A stretch of DNA of 64,000 nt from Nitrospirota bacterium. GTDB taxonomy: Bacteria > Nitrospirota > JACRHJ01. Numbering within the stretch: position 1 is the stretch's first letter; every line of letters begins with the position of its first letter. The stretch spans positions 168,756-232,755 of the forward strand of contig CAWJRJ010000016.1 in the NCBI GenBank assembly GCA_963845245.1, read 5' to 3'. The position numbers and the translations under genes were made by a program. Of this stretch, positions 33,367 through 43,253 are shown piece by piece. A model generated the notes under the pieces. It worked only from the letters and a program-made list of their open reading frames with translations, had not been told where the DNA came from and made no database searches.

Positions 33367-34370
33367 GTGCAGTCTACCTTGGGACCCTGGAGCAGAGGGA
33401 CCCCTTGTATGGTTATATCAAAAAAAGCGTCTTGCCCGAGATGGAGCGGGAGGTAAGAAACCCCGTGTTCCACGTGAGCAGGCTTCCGGGCTCGAACAAG
33501 GTATACAAATACCATGAGGAGCGCACGAGGCTTACCTTGATCGGGAAGTTTTACGGCATCAGCGAGCGATACAAGAAAGAAAGGCTCACGTCTGAGTTCA
33601 AGAACCTCAAAAAAGCCAGGGCGCTAGGCCTTTGCAACCTTCCCAATTATGTAGTCCGCCCCATAGGCAGGGAGAAGAGTATCGGGCTTGGCATAATGGA
33701 AGAGTTTGTCGAAGGGAACGACCTGGACCATTACATAAAGAGGGCCGTCTACGAGGGCAGGCATGGAAGGCTCAAGCAGAGGCTTACCGACCTCGCGCGC
33801 TTCATAGCGGAACTTCACAAGAGGACCCTGACCCCGAAAGGCCTCGACATCCGTCCCTCGGTGGACTATTTCGGCAAGGTGCTTTGCAAGCTCAGGGAAA
33901 AGGGCATAGTCGACGACCGGATGGCAGAAAGGCTCGGCAGGTTACGCGAGGCGTGGGTAGAGCGCGAGTACATGCTCGCTGACGGCAAGGTACTGATACA
34001 CGGCGACGCGACACCCACGAACTTCCTTTTCCCGAAGGAGGACGGCGTTATTGCGATAGACCTTGAGAGGATGAGGCTTGGCGACCGTATGTTCGATGTG
34101 GGCATGGTTTGCGGCGAGCTGAAGCATGCCTTTATCTGGCGTATGGGAGACAAGTTCATCTCCGAGGGGCACATAGGACACTTCCTGGCCGAGTACGCGC
34201 GGCATTTTGGCGGGCATGGGACGTACAAGTCGGTCGTCCTGCGCAACCCGTTCTACATGGCGCTCACGGAACTCAGGATCGCGCGGAACGGCTGGCTGGA
34301 CGGCAGGCACAGGCGCAGGCTTGTGGACGAGGCCGAGGACTGCCTCAAATGGGGGCTCAGGCTTGAATAA
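33348..34370 (+). CDS. Aminoglycoside phosphotransferase/choline kinase-like protein
   Basis: IHGDATPTNFL and AIDLE kinase motifs. Confidence 0.85.
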   Translation: MEGRQVSAVYLGTLEQRDPLYGYIKKSVLPEMEREVRNPVFHVSRLPGSNKVYKYHEERTRLTLIGKFYGISERYKKERLTSEFKNLKKARALGLCNLPNYVVRPIGREKSIGLGIMEEFVEGNDLDHYIKRAVYEGRHGRLKQRLTDLARFIAELHKRTLTPKGLDIRPSVDYFGKVLCKLREKGIVDDRMAERLGRLREAWVEREYMLADGKVLIHGDATPTNFLFPKEDGVIAIDLERMRLGDRMFDVGMVCGELKHAFIWRMGDKFISEGHIGHFLAEYARHFGGHGTYKSVVLRNPFYMALTELRIARNGWLDGRHRRRLVDEAEDCLKWGLRLE

Positions 34371-35076
34371 AATCAAAGCAGTAGTATTCGACCTTTACGG
34401 TACGCTCGTGAACATAAAAACGGACGAGCAGGACCCGGAGCTTTATGCAGAGCTTTCGAAGTTCCTGTCATACAACCGCGTGACCATCAGCCCGGAGGAG
34501 TTGCAGACCTTTTACTCCGACGAAATAAAGAGGCAGCTGCAGAACAAACGCGAGGAATTCCCCGAAGTGGACGTACTGAAGATTTTCAGGGTGGTCGTCC
34601 GCAGGTACGGCCACGGCAGGAACGACACGCACCTGCCTGTAAATACCGCAAGGCTGTTCAGGTCCCTCTCCAGAAAGACGTTCGAGCCGTTCCCACGGGT
34701 CTACAGCATGCTGGAGAAGCTCAGGGATATATACCCGCTTGCGCTTCTTTCAGACGCCCAGAGGTGTTTCACGGAGCCTGAGATAGAGATGCTCAAGCTT
34801 ACGTGGTTTTTCGACCATATCTTTATCTCCTCAGACTACGGCTTCAGAAAACCGGACCCTAGGTATTTCGGCATGGCCATCGAAGCGCTGGGTGTGAAGC
34901 CGAATGAGGCCGTGTATGTCGGCGACAACCCGTACAGGGACCTTTACGGCGCAAAGAAGGCCGGCATGAGGATGGTGCTTGTGCGAAGTTCCGAGAGGGA
35001 ATACGAAGGGTATGCCGCAGATGAATATCTGGGTGACATCGCTGAGCTAGGAAAAGCCTTGGAGGTTGATGGATAA
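34363..35076 (+). CDS. HAD-superfamily hydrolase
   Basis: FDLYGTLV, KPDP, YVGDNPYRD; TTG start overlapping the kinase stop. Confidence 0.88.
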   Translation: MNKIKAVVFDLYGTLVNIKTDEQDPELYAELSKFLSYNRVTISPEELQTFYSDEIKRQLQNKREEFPEVDVLKIFRVVVRRYGHGRNDTHLPVNTARLFRSLSRKTFEPFPRVYSMLEKLRDIYPLALLSDAQRCFTEPEIEMLKLTWFFDHIFISSDYGFRKPDPRYFGMAIEALGVKPNEAVYVGDNPYRDLYGAKKAGMRMVLVRSSEREYEGYAADEYLGDIAELGKALEVDG

Positions 35077-35139
35077 TCTTTGTTTTTCGCACGGTTGGTA
35101 GTTGATTGTGTTATAATAAAATAAAAAGGGAGGTGGCAA

Positions 35140-35487
35140 ATGATCAGGGCCATCAACCGTGACGTGCTCAGGAAAAAACTACAGGAATCGCCCGGAAGGG
35201 TGATACTGATGGACGTCCGGGACAAGAACGACTATGAAGTTGAGCATATAAAAGGGGCCATATCTGTCCCGATCGGCGAACTCCTGACCCGGTCAGTGCA
35301 GAACTGGGGCAGGGACCACGAAATAATTGTATATTGCGGGAGTTTTGAATGCCCTGCCAGCTCAAATGCCGCAAAAATGCTGGACGATGCAGGTTTTGAT
35401 TACGTCCTCGATTATGAAGGCGGCCTGAAGGACTGGAAGACGGCCGGCTTTGTGACCGACGGAGTCGGCGAGGAAAGGGCGGCCTGA
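35140..35487 (+). CDS. Rhodanese-like domain protein
   Basis: DVR, HIKGA, IVYCGSFECPAS, YEGG. Confidence 0.88.
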   Translation: MIRAINRDVLRKKLQESPGRVILMDVRDKNDYEVEHIKGAISVPIGELLTRSVQNWGRDHEIIVYCGSFECPASSNAAKMLDDAGFDYVLDYEGGLKDWKTAGFVTDGVGEERAA

Positions 35488-35507
35488 GGCCTTGTTGACG
35501 AAGTTTG

Positions 35508-35539
35508 AAACCCCAGCCCGAGAGGGCTGGGGTTTTTTT
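35508..35539 (+). terminator. Intrinsic terminator
   Basis: AAACCCCAGCCC-gaga-GGGCTGGGGTTTTTTT. Confidence 0.85.
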
Positions 35540-35636
35540 ATTAAATGAGCCGGACGATTAAAAAAACAGTTGGACAAAAATCGGCCTTGATGATAGATTA
35601 TAGAACCGCATATGCTACTATCCAGGGAGGCTTGAA

Positions 35637-36656
35637 ATGTCCATGCTAAGGGTGTTAAAAACTGCCGCAGTCTCGGTATCGCTCGCCTTTCTTATACTTA
35701 CCTTTACAGCCGACGCGGCAGTCCTCGCTTTCAGGAACGTCGCAGAAGGCCAGCAGGCGCCGGATTTTACGCTGAAGGACACTGCCGGCAATGACGTAAC
35801 TCTTTCCAGTAACGCAGGCAAGGTGGTGGTGGTGGTCTTCTTCAAGCCGGACCAGAAAACATCACAAGACGCCCTCTCGGACCTTGCGAAGATATACAGC
35901 AGGTACAAGACCAAAGGCGTCGTGGTCCTTGCCATAGTATCCGAAATGGACGAGCAGTCAGCGCTCAAGGCCCTCATGGACAAAGAGAAGATAATGTTCC
36001 CCATACTTATCGACCAGGGCCGGAAGATATATGGCCAATGGGGCGCCTTCCTTTATCCGACTACTGCAGTGTTAAGCAAGGATGGAAAGGTCTTCAAGCA
36101 CGTCCCCAGCCACAACCGTAAATATTCCGATGAAGTCGAAGGCTACATCCGCGTTGCGCTTGGAGAGATAACTGCGGAAAAGCTCGAGCAGGAGTTGAAC
36201 CCCGGCGAGATAAAGCAGTTGACCCCGGAGCAGAAGAAGGCCGAGCGCCACATGATGCTCGGACAGAAGCTTCTGGAGCGTAAGCTTGTTGACAAGGCCT
36301 CTGCCGAATTTGCGGAGGCGGTTGCGTCCGACCCGAACCTTGCCGAGGCAAAGGCGGCATACGGCTTCACGCTGCTCAAGCTTGGCGACGCGGCGAAGGC
36401 ACAGGAAAATTTTACCAAAGCGCTTGAATTAAACCCCAGGATCGACGACGCCAAGTGCGGCCTGGGAGCTTCATATGTAGCTTTGGGACAAGTGGACAAG
36501 GGAATAGAGGTGCTTGAGGACGCCCTCAAGGTGAACCCCAAGCCCGCGCGGGCTAATTTCGAGCTTGCGAAGGCATACGAGAAGAAAGGCGCGCTCGACA
36601 AGGCGGCGGAGCATTATAAAAAAGCTATTGAAGAACTGAGCGGCGGCAACTGGTAG
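35637..36656 (+). CDS. Exported redoxin-fold + TPR protein lacking CxxC
   Basis: Signal peptide, GQQAPDFTLKD redoxin start, YPTT motif, C-terminal TPR repeats. Confidence 0.82.
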   Translation: MSMLRVLKTAAVSVSLAFLILTFTADAAVLAFRNVAEGQQAPDFTLKDTAGNDVTLSSNAGKVVVVVFFKPDQKTSQDALSDLAKIYSRYKTKGVVVLAIVSEMDEQSALKALMDKEKIMFPILIDQGRKIYGQWGAFLYPTTAVLSKDGKVFKHVPSHNRKYSDEVEGYIRVALGEITAEKLEQELNPGEIKQLTPEQKKAERHMMLGQKLLERKLVDKASAEFAEAVASDPNLAEAKAAYGFTLLKLGDAAKAQENFTKALELNPRIDDAKCGLGASYVALGQVDKGIEVLEDALKVNPKPARANFELAKAYEKKGALDKAAEHYKKAIEELSGGNW

Positions 36657-36673
36657 TATCACCCCAAAAGGCA

Positions 36674-38479
36674 ATGTCAGTTTCCATGCATTTCCCATTT
36701 AAGGGCCTCCGGCAGGCTTCCGGCCTGCCAGGCCCTCTGGTTTTCTTTCTTTCATTCGGTATTTACTTAGCGACAGTCGCGCCTGGCGTGACGTTCTGGG
36801 ACAGCGGAGAATTGATACTCGGGGCATATTCCCTCGGCCTTCCTCACCCGCCTGCCTATCCCGTATTCTGTCTTGTAGGAAAGCTGTTTTCCTTCATCCC
36901 TTTTGGCAATGTCGCGTACAGACTGAATGTCCTCTCGGCTTTTTTTGCCGCCGCTTCCGTGTATTTCATATACAGGTTGATAGCCAAGCTGGGGGAGGGG
37001 GTTGACGGTTTCGGTTACTTCGCTGCATCCATTGCGCTTTGCTTTGCGCTTTTTAAAAGCTTCTGGTCCGTGTCGGTCATAACAGAGGTATACACGCTCA
37101 ATTCCTTTCTGCTTGTCACAGCCTTTTATTGTCTGGTGGTGTACGAGAACGGCGGGGACAGGAGGCATGTTTACCTTTCCGCTTTCCTGCTTGGCATTGC
37201 TCTGGCGAACCACCAGAGCGTAGTTTTTTCCCTTCCGTTCTTCCTCGCCTATTACCTCGTCGCTGAAAAGAACTACAAAAATCCGGCAGCCATTTCCGCA
37301 ATGCTGGTCCTCTTCCTGTTCGCGTACTCGGTCTACATTTATCTGCCGCTCAGGGCCTCAACCAGCCCTGTTTTAAATATAGGAGGGGCAACGGATATAC
37401 AGGATTTCGGATGGGTGATCCAGTGGCCTGAACGCGTGGCTTCACTGAAACCCCTTTCCGCAAAGGCGCTGGGCCTGCTCAAGGGCGAGAACCTGCCCGC
37501 TGTGGCGGCCCTTCTTGTCTGTGCGGCCTTGGCATATGTTTTCAGGCGCCGCCGCCTGCTCCTTCTCGCGGCGTTTGCGGCCGTCACGAACTTTGCAGGG
37601 ATAGAGCTGTTGACTGCTGGAGCCGAAAATATAAAGAAGTGGGGGCTGCAGTCGAAGTTCTACATACCTGCGGCGCTTTTTGCAACCATATTTGCCTCCG
37701 GTATGCTAGTCGAGCTTCTAAAGCGCACAAATGTGAAAGTGAAGGCCACGGTCTTGGTCGTCCCTCTCATGGTGATATTTACGTTGCTGGCATCATTTGA
37801 GTTTTCGCATAACTACAAGGCGAACGACAACAGCCTGAATTTCTTTGCATATGATTTTGGGACCAATGCGCTGAAGTCCGTTCACCAGGATGCAGCCCTT
37901 TTCTCTTGGGGGGACAACGCGGTCTTTCCGACCTGGTACCTCCAGGGGGTTGAAAAATACAGGGATGACGTCATGTTCATCCACTCGGAATTGCTTACAT
38001 ACCCGTGGTATATGGCCGGAATACAGAAAAAGCTCTACACCAAATATGGCATTGCTTATGTCCCGCGCGCGAAACTCACTATCCTCACGGAAAACGTCCT
38101 GGGCCTCAAACAGAGGCTTGAAGAAAGGACACCGACTTATTTCGACTATTCGGCTTCGTTGCAGTTGGGCATACCCAAAGATAGTCTGATACCGCAGGGG
38201 CTTGTCCACCTCGTTCCGCTCTGGGCCGGCTCGGCTGAATCCTATTCCGGGATATGGGACAGGTATGTTTTGAGGGGTGCGCTCGATGACAGCACCGACA
38301 GGGCGTTCGCGGCGGAAGGGATACTGGAGATCTATGGGTGGGAGTCGGCTTATTGGGGTTTGGTGCTGCAAAAGGACGGAGATTTTAAGAAGGCCATTAC
38401 AGCCTTTGAATTAGCTAAGGTTTTGGGATTTCAGGAACCAAAGCTTGACATATGGATCCATAATTTGGAGGGAGGATGA
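36674..38479 (+). CDS. DUF2723/TMEM260-like GT-C glycosyltransferase
   Basis: WDSGEL, GLPHPPAYP, TEVY, NHQS, YLPLRA, GDN motifs; many TM helices. Confidence 0.82.
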   Translation: MSVSMHFPFKGLRQASGLPGPLVFFLSFGIYLATVAPGVTFWDSGELILGAYSLGLPHPPAYPVFCLVGKLFSFIPFGNVAYRLNVLSAFFAAASVYFIYRLIAKLGEGVDGFGYFAASIALCFALFKSFWSVSVITEVYTLNSFLLVTAFYCLVVYENGGDRRHVYLSAFLLGIALANHQSVVFSLPFFLAYYLVAEKNYKNPAAISAMLVLFLFAYSVYIYLPLRASTSPVLNIGGATDIQDFGWVIQWPERVASLKPLSAKALGLLKGENLPAVAALLVCAALAYVFRRRRLLLLAAFAAVTNFAGIELLTAGAENIKKWGLQSKFYIPAALFATIFASGMLVELLKRTNVKVKATVLVVPLMVIFTLLASFEFSHNYKANDNSLNFFAYDFGTNALKSVHQDAALFSWGDNAVFPTWYLQGVEKYRDDVMFIHSELLTYPWYMAGIQKKLYTKYGIAYVPRAKLTILTENVLGLKQRLEERTPTYFDYSASLQLGIPKDSLIPQGLVHLVPLWAGSAESYSGIWDRYVLRGALDDSTDRAFAAEGILEIYGWESAYWGLVLQKDGDFKKAITAFELAKVLGFQEPKLDIWIHNLEGG

Positions 38480-38559
38480 AAAAGCTGAGCAAATCTGCTC
38501 AGAAGTCTTTCCAAATTGCGCAACATTCAACTTGCCGAAAACAAGGGGAGGGTGGGCAT

Positions 38560-39003
38560 ATGATTAAGACGCATTTAGTGTATGTTTTATTAAGTATAAT
38601 TGCTGCTATGTTGTTATTGGGTGGGTGTTCACCGCAAAATTCTCCGGACGGTACGGTATTCCGTTTCATTAACGCAACAAAATTTTCTGACAGGGCGGAG
38701 TTTGAAAAAACCGTGTCATTTGAGAGGCTTATTATAGACAGCCAGGGCGAGTCCTACCTGGCCATGCCAAACGAAAAGAAAAAAGTAGCCCTTTTAGAGT
38801 TTAAACAGAAATTGTTGAATGAATTAACATCAGGTAAATTAAGGGTTTTGGCCAGTTTGGACCCGGTGCTGGGCGGGGAAAAAATCACCGGGGACGAGGC
38901 AGAGGTAAAAATATCTGATAAGAAAAACAAAGACATGGCTTTTGTTTTCCTGTTGGCCAGAGATAGAGGCGTATGGAAGGTATACAGGATAAGCAAAGCC
39001 TGA
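38560..39003 (+). CDS. Hypothetical lipoprotein
   Basis: Lipobox LLGGC; C-terminal LARDRGVWKV (NTF2-like pattern). Confidence 0.7.
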   Translation: MIKTHLVYVLLSIIAAMLLLGGCSPQNSPDGTVFRFINATKFSDRAEFEKTVSFERLIIDSQGESYLAMPNEKKKVALLEFKQKLLNELTSGKLRVLASLDPVLGGEKITGDEAEVKISDKKNKDMAFVFLLARDRGVWKVYRISKA

Positions 39004-39053
39004 GGCATGCATATTGCATATATTGTCAATTGAAAACAACGGGGGTAAGACCA

Positions 39054-40724
39054 ATGTCGAGTATTAAAATGGCTATGAAACTGCTTACAATCGTGGGTAT
39101 ATGCTTGATTTCCTTGGGGTTGGCTGCGGGCGAATCGTTCGCGGCGGGCCCCGCATGGTCCGGGGGGTTCCCCAAGCTGGTACAAAACGATGTACTGCTC
39201 CAGTGGCAGCCGGTCAAAGGGGCCACGGAATATAAGGTATATAAGAGCGAACAGAAAGGCAAGGGCCTGAAGCTGTTGACCGCCGTTAAAGCAAACCGCT
39301 ACATAGACAAGGGTATAGGCTTAGGTAAGACATTATATTACTATGTCGCTCCAGTCATCGGCGGTAAAGAAGGCGAACGTTCTGCCGAAGGGGCGATCTC
39401 GACCGCCAAGGAAAAGGTATTCGTGGCCCTTAAGACTCCCTCTCTCATAGGCGCGCATGTAAAGGACCTGCCAGGCGGCAAGTACTCCATCGGCGTCCGC
39501 TGGGAGTCAACCGGAGGGACCGATTTTGTCGGCGTTAACGTCTACCGTTCCACCAGGAAGGGCAGGGACTACACCATGATAGGCTCGTCTTCGAGCGACA
39601 CTTATGAGGACAACGACGTAAAGGCGGGAGACACCTATTATTACGTTGTCACTGCTGTGGACAGCCAGTTCAAGGAGACGAAGAATTCAAACGAGGTAAG
39701 CGTTAATATCCCGTCCTCCACGGGAGCGGCGTCTGCCTCCGCGAAAACGGCGGGCAAAGAGACAGTCCCCCCCACCACGATGAGGCCTGCAAAACTTCTG
39801 TACAGGATCCCAAGGGAAGGCGACAGGATGTCGCAGGGCGAGCTTCTTCCGAAAAACGCTCAGAGCGTCGCGATCGACGAGGCTGTGGGCCACATCTATG
39901 TCACAAGCCTTGTCTATGGTGGCGTCCTTGTCTATAACATGGACGGCGAGCTTCAGTTCGGCATCCGCAAGGACGGCGTCGGTGGTACCCAGATGTTCCG
40001 CGGTGCCAAGGGTGTGGTAGTTGGGCCGAACGGCAACCTATATGTGACGGGTTTGACCCCGGAAATTTTTGTATACGATTTCACCGGTCGCCCGCTGCAA
40101 ACAATTAATATGGACCCTTCGCAGATGGCCAGCAACAGCCCAGGCCATTCCTTGATGGCCTACGACCTGGCGTTTGCTCCCGACGGCACTCTGATAGTGA
40201 CCGACCCGGGCATGAACGGCATACACGCGTACAGCGCGGACAAATTCCGCAACCTCTATAACGTGGCGGCGCCGTTGATGGTTAATGAGAAAGAGAAAGC
40301 GCAGGGGAAACTATATTACAACGCCCCGTCACGCTTGGTCGTAACAGATAAAAACGAAATCATATTTGTCGACGCCGGGTATTCAAGGCTGGTCGTCTAC
40401 GGTTTAGACGGGAAATTCAAGAGGTTTATGGGTAATCCGGGTTCAGGAGCCGGTGAGCTCTTTTATCCGGAAGGTATCGCATTGGGGAACAAGGGCGAGC
40501 TATTCGTCGCTTCCGGTATGGGCCCCAACGTCCAGGCGTTTACCCAGGATGGCAAATTCCTCTATGCACTTAGCAACGAAAAGGTCGATGGCCCGCTAAA
40601 CGTGGACAACATGAGGGGAATACACATTGACAAGCAGAACCGTCTCTACATAGCCGAAGGCACTACTAACAGGGTTTCGGTCTTCCAGCTTGGGGACAAG
40701 ACTGTAGATGTAATACCTAAGTAA
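39054..40724 (+). CDS. Exported fibronectin-III x2 + NHL beta-propeller protein
   Basis: W.PV.GATEYKVY and TYYYVVTAVD FN3 motifs; PEGIAL/LYIAEGTTNRVSVF NHL repeats. Confidence 0.85.
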   Translation: MSSIKMAMKLLTIVGICLISLGLAAGESFAAGPAWSGGFPKLVQNDVLLQWQPVKGATEYKVYKSEQKGKGLKLLTAVKANRYIDKGIGLGKTLYYYVAPVIGGKEGERSAEGAISTAKEKVFVALKTPSLIGAHVKDLPGGKYSIGVRWESTGGTDFVGVNVYRSTRKGRDYTMIGSSSSDTYEDNDVKAGDTYYYVVTAVDSQFKETKNSNEVSVNIPSSTGAASASAKTAGKETVPPTTMRPAKLLYRIPREGDRMSQGELLPKNAQSVAIDEAVGHIYVTSLVYGGVLVYNMDGELQFGIRKDGVGGTQMFRGAKGVVVGPNGNLYVTGLTPEIFVYDFTGRPLQTINMDPSQMASNSPGHSLMAYDLAFAPDGTLIVTDPGMNGIHAYSADKFRNLYNVAAPLMVNEKEKAQGKLYYNAPSRLVVTDKNEIIFVDAGYSRLVVYGLDGKFKRFMGNPGSGAGELFYPEGIALGNKGELFVASGMGPNVQAFTQDGKFLYALSNEKVDGPLNVDNMRGIHIDKQNRLYIAEGTTNRVSVFQLGDKTVDVIPK

Positions 40725-40851
40725 TAAGAAGAAAAGACTTGGATGTTTTTTTAACACTGAACGCTAATACGGAAAGGAGGCAGTTTTAAAAAATTTTTTT
40801 GATGCAAGGCAAGGAAAACGGGAATTAATATCACAACAGGGAGAACGTAAA

Positions 40852-43092
40852 ATGAAAAGATTATTAATCATGCTCGTAATGGCTGCAATGGCGCTGTCGG
40901 CATACCCGGCATTCGCAGCAGTCAACGGCACGCCGCACGAATTCTTGGGGACCACGTACGGCCGTTGCGGAACCTGCCATGTACCGCATGCTGCGCTCGG
41001 CGGAGCCAGGTTGTGGCGTGTTGCCATCAACCCAACTGCTGACGGAACGTGGGCCAATTCAAGGGTCGGTGCTCTCTGCGGCTATTGCCACAACGGTGCC
41101 AGCTCGCCCACTAACACGAACGGCGACAACGCCGCTACGTATCTTAACACCAACAACGTCTTTGCCGCCGGCTCACACGGCAGGAACTGGACCAGACTGA
41201 CGGGCGCCCCGCTCAGCCATACTCCCGGCAACACAAACGGCAAGCCGTATGTCGGCGCCACCGGCCAGCCTGAGGCGGGCCTTATTGAGTGTACCTCCTG
41301 CCACAACCCGCATTATGTCGGGACCTGGAGCGCCACCAATACAGCCAACGTAAACAGGCCGTTCCTGCGTCCAGGCGTCACCAGTCCCGGCACGTTATCC
41401 GGTTTCTGCAACGACTGCCACGACGACAGGTTCACTGCTTCCATTTCCAGCACGACCAACCACCCGGTCCTGATTGCATACAACCCGACGATCGGCTCCG
41501 ACACGAGGCAGTTCATCCAGGCTGATGCGGCCATGAACACCGTCGTTGGCGTAAACCACTGGTCACTCGGCGGCAAGTTCGAGGGCAACGAAGTTAATAC
41601 CCAGACTGCCAGCACCAACGACCTTATCGGCTGCCAGTCATGCCATTCCATACATAAGCCTGCTGCCCCCGCTAATGCGGACGGTTCTGCTTATGCAGGC
41701 GGTTCACCCCGTCAGCTTCTCGCGCTCAGCTACACCAACTCGGCGGTATGCGAAGGCTGCCATTCCGCGCGCGGCAACGGACCTTCCGGTTCCAATCTCC
41801 CCGGTGGCGGCTCCGTTGGTACTCTCGGCGGCGACCATCCGTATGACGCCGTCCTCGCGGGCGTCATGGTCCTTGATGCCCCGTTGTGGGCCGTCACTGA
41901 CCACGGCTCTAACGGCGGTGCGCTATGCACCTCCTGCCACAAGGCACACATCACGACCGGCGACGGCGTGGTGAACATCAGGCGTGCGGGTCAGGCCACA
42001 TGGTGCGCATCCTGCCACAGCTCCATCTCGCCTGCAGCGCATCACTCGAACAAGACCCAGTTGGGTGCAGCGAACTCTCTGATTGACTGCATTGACTGCC
42101 ATGACGGCACGGGCGCCAAGGCGCATAACGGCTTCGGCTTCGTGTTCAAATATGCCACTGGATCCGGCTGCCAGACCTGCCACGACGGCGTTGACCCGGT
42201 TGCGACAGTCGCCTTCGGCAACATCTTGGCCAAGGTACCGGCTGCGCACCTGACTCCGAAGCAGGGCGGCTTTGCGACTGTTGTATCGCACTACTTGGGC
42301 GCGTTCACGAAGGACACTGTCAAGGGCATCAACCCGAAGATCGGCAGATGGTCTGCTGACGCCATACGCGGCGGCAGGATATCTGCTTACCTGAAGGATG
42401 CGGCCGGCGGAGCGCTTACCGCCGACAGGTCCTGCTACAACCCGGGTGCGACCGCCACCGCCACGACGGTAATCAGGTGCGAGTCCTGCCACTCCGTCCT
42501 TGGCAACATCGGCGCGGCCTCAGGCATCATCTCTGCCTCGAGCGGCTGGATGAACAACCTCCTGCTCCAGGACTATCAGGATGACACCAAGAACGAAGCA
42601 GCAGCCAGGACAGTCAATTCCGACTTCTGCATCGGCTGCCACAACCAGCTCGGCGACGGCACAGCTGCCAACCTCGGCACGGCTGGCGGCGTGGTCGGCA
42701 TGTCGCTTGAGAAGGCCAGCGGTACAGTACCGCCCGGCATGCATCCGATGACGAACTGGAACATCACCAGGGCGGTTGACGCCGGCTTCACCGGAACTGC
42801 CGCGCAGCTCATCACCGGCACTGCTGCCGAGAACACCGTCAGGAATTCGTATGCCGATGCTGCCACCGCACCGACGTACACTGGCGGCGTGGGCACCAAC
42901 GGCGTTTCTTACGCGGGTGCAAGCCACATGGACTGCGACTCATGTCACAGGCCGCACCTTGCGAACCTCCTCTGGAAGCCGACCAACCAGACTGCTGGTA
43001 ATACCAACGTTGGTAATACGACTCCGGTTATACTGGAAGATTCCAATACCAACGACTACGCCGCACTCTGCCAGGACTGCCACGCATACTAA
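40852..43092 (+). CDS. Exported multiheme cytochrome c, 14 CxxCH
   Basis: Signal peptide; 14 CxxCH counted; Ala/Gly/Thr/Asn-rich. Confidence 0.95.
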   Translation: MKRLLIMLVMAAMALSAYPAFAAVNGTPHEFLGTTYGRCGTCHVPHAALGGARLWRVAINPTADGTWANSRVGALCGYCHNGASSPTNTNGDNAATYLNTNNVFAAGSHGRNWTRLTGAPLSHTPGNTNGKPYVGATGQPEAGLIECTSCHNPHYVGTWSATNTANVNRPFLRPGVTSPGTLSGFCNDCHDDRFTASISSTTNHPVLIAYNPTIGSDTRQFIQADAAMNTVVGVNHWSLGGKFEGNEVNTQTASTNDLIGCQSCHSIHKPAAPANADGSAYAGGSPRQLLALSYTNSAVCEGCHSARGNGPSGSNLPGGGSVGTLGGDHPYDAVLAGVMVLDAPLWAVTDHGSNGGALCTSCHKAHITTGDGVVNIRRAGQATWCASCHSSISPAAHHSNKTQLGAANSLIDCIDCHDGTGAKAHNGFGFVFKYATGSGCQTCHDGVDPVATVAFGNILAKVPAAHLTPKQGGFATVVSHYLGAFTKDTVKGINPKIGRWSADAIRGGRISAYLKDAAGGALTADRSCYNPGATATATTVIRCESCHSVLGNIGAASGIISASSGWMNNLLLQDYQDDTKNEAAARTVNSDFCIGCHNQLGDGTAANLGTAGGVVGMSLEKASGTVPPGMHPMTNWNITRAVDAGFTGTAAQLITGTAAENTVRNSYADAATAPTYTGGVGTNGVSYAGASHMDCDSCHRPHLANLLWKPTNQTAGNTNVGNTTPVILEDSNTNDYAALCQDCHAY

Positions 43093-43118
43093 GCCACTGG
43101 CTTAATGCTCATGCATCG

Positions 43119-43147
43119 AAAGGAGGGCCGAAAGGCCCTCCTTTTTT
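43119..43147 (+). terminator. Intrinsic terminator after the 14-heme cytochrome
   Basis: AAAGGAGGGCC-GAAA-GGCCCTCCTTTTTT. Confidence 0.88.
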
Positions 43148-43170
43148 GTTGAATAATAGGTAGTTATGAA

Positions 43171-43199
43171 TTGACTTAAAAGTTGGTTTAATATAAAAT
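43171..43199 (+). promoter_or_regulatory. Sigma70 promoter for the second half of the cytochrome cluster
   Basis: TTGACT-N17-TAAAAT right after the terminator. Confidence 0.6.
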
Positions 43200-43253
43200 A
43201 AAAAGGCTCAAGCTATACTTTTTAGTTAAATATCGGGGGAGGTATCCTGGGTT

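Noticed and set aside
40725..40851. Cyclic-dinucleotide (GEMM) riboswitch upstream of the cytochrome, as at some Geobacter cytochrome genes
   Set aside because: No recognisable GEMM stems or conserved motif by eye; an Infernal search would be needed to exclude it fully.
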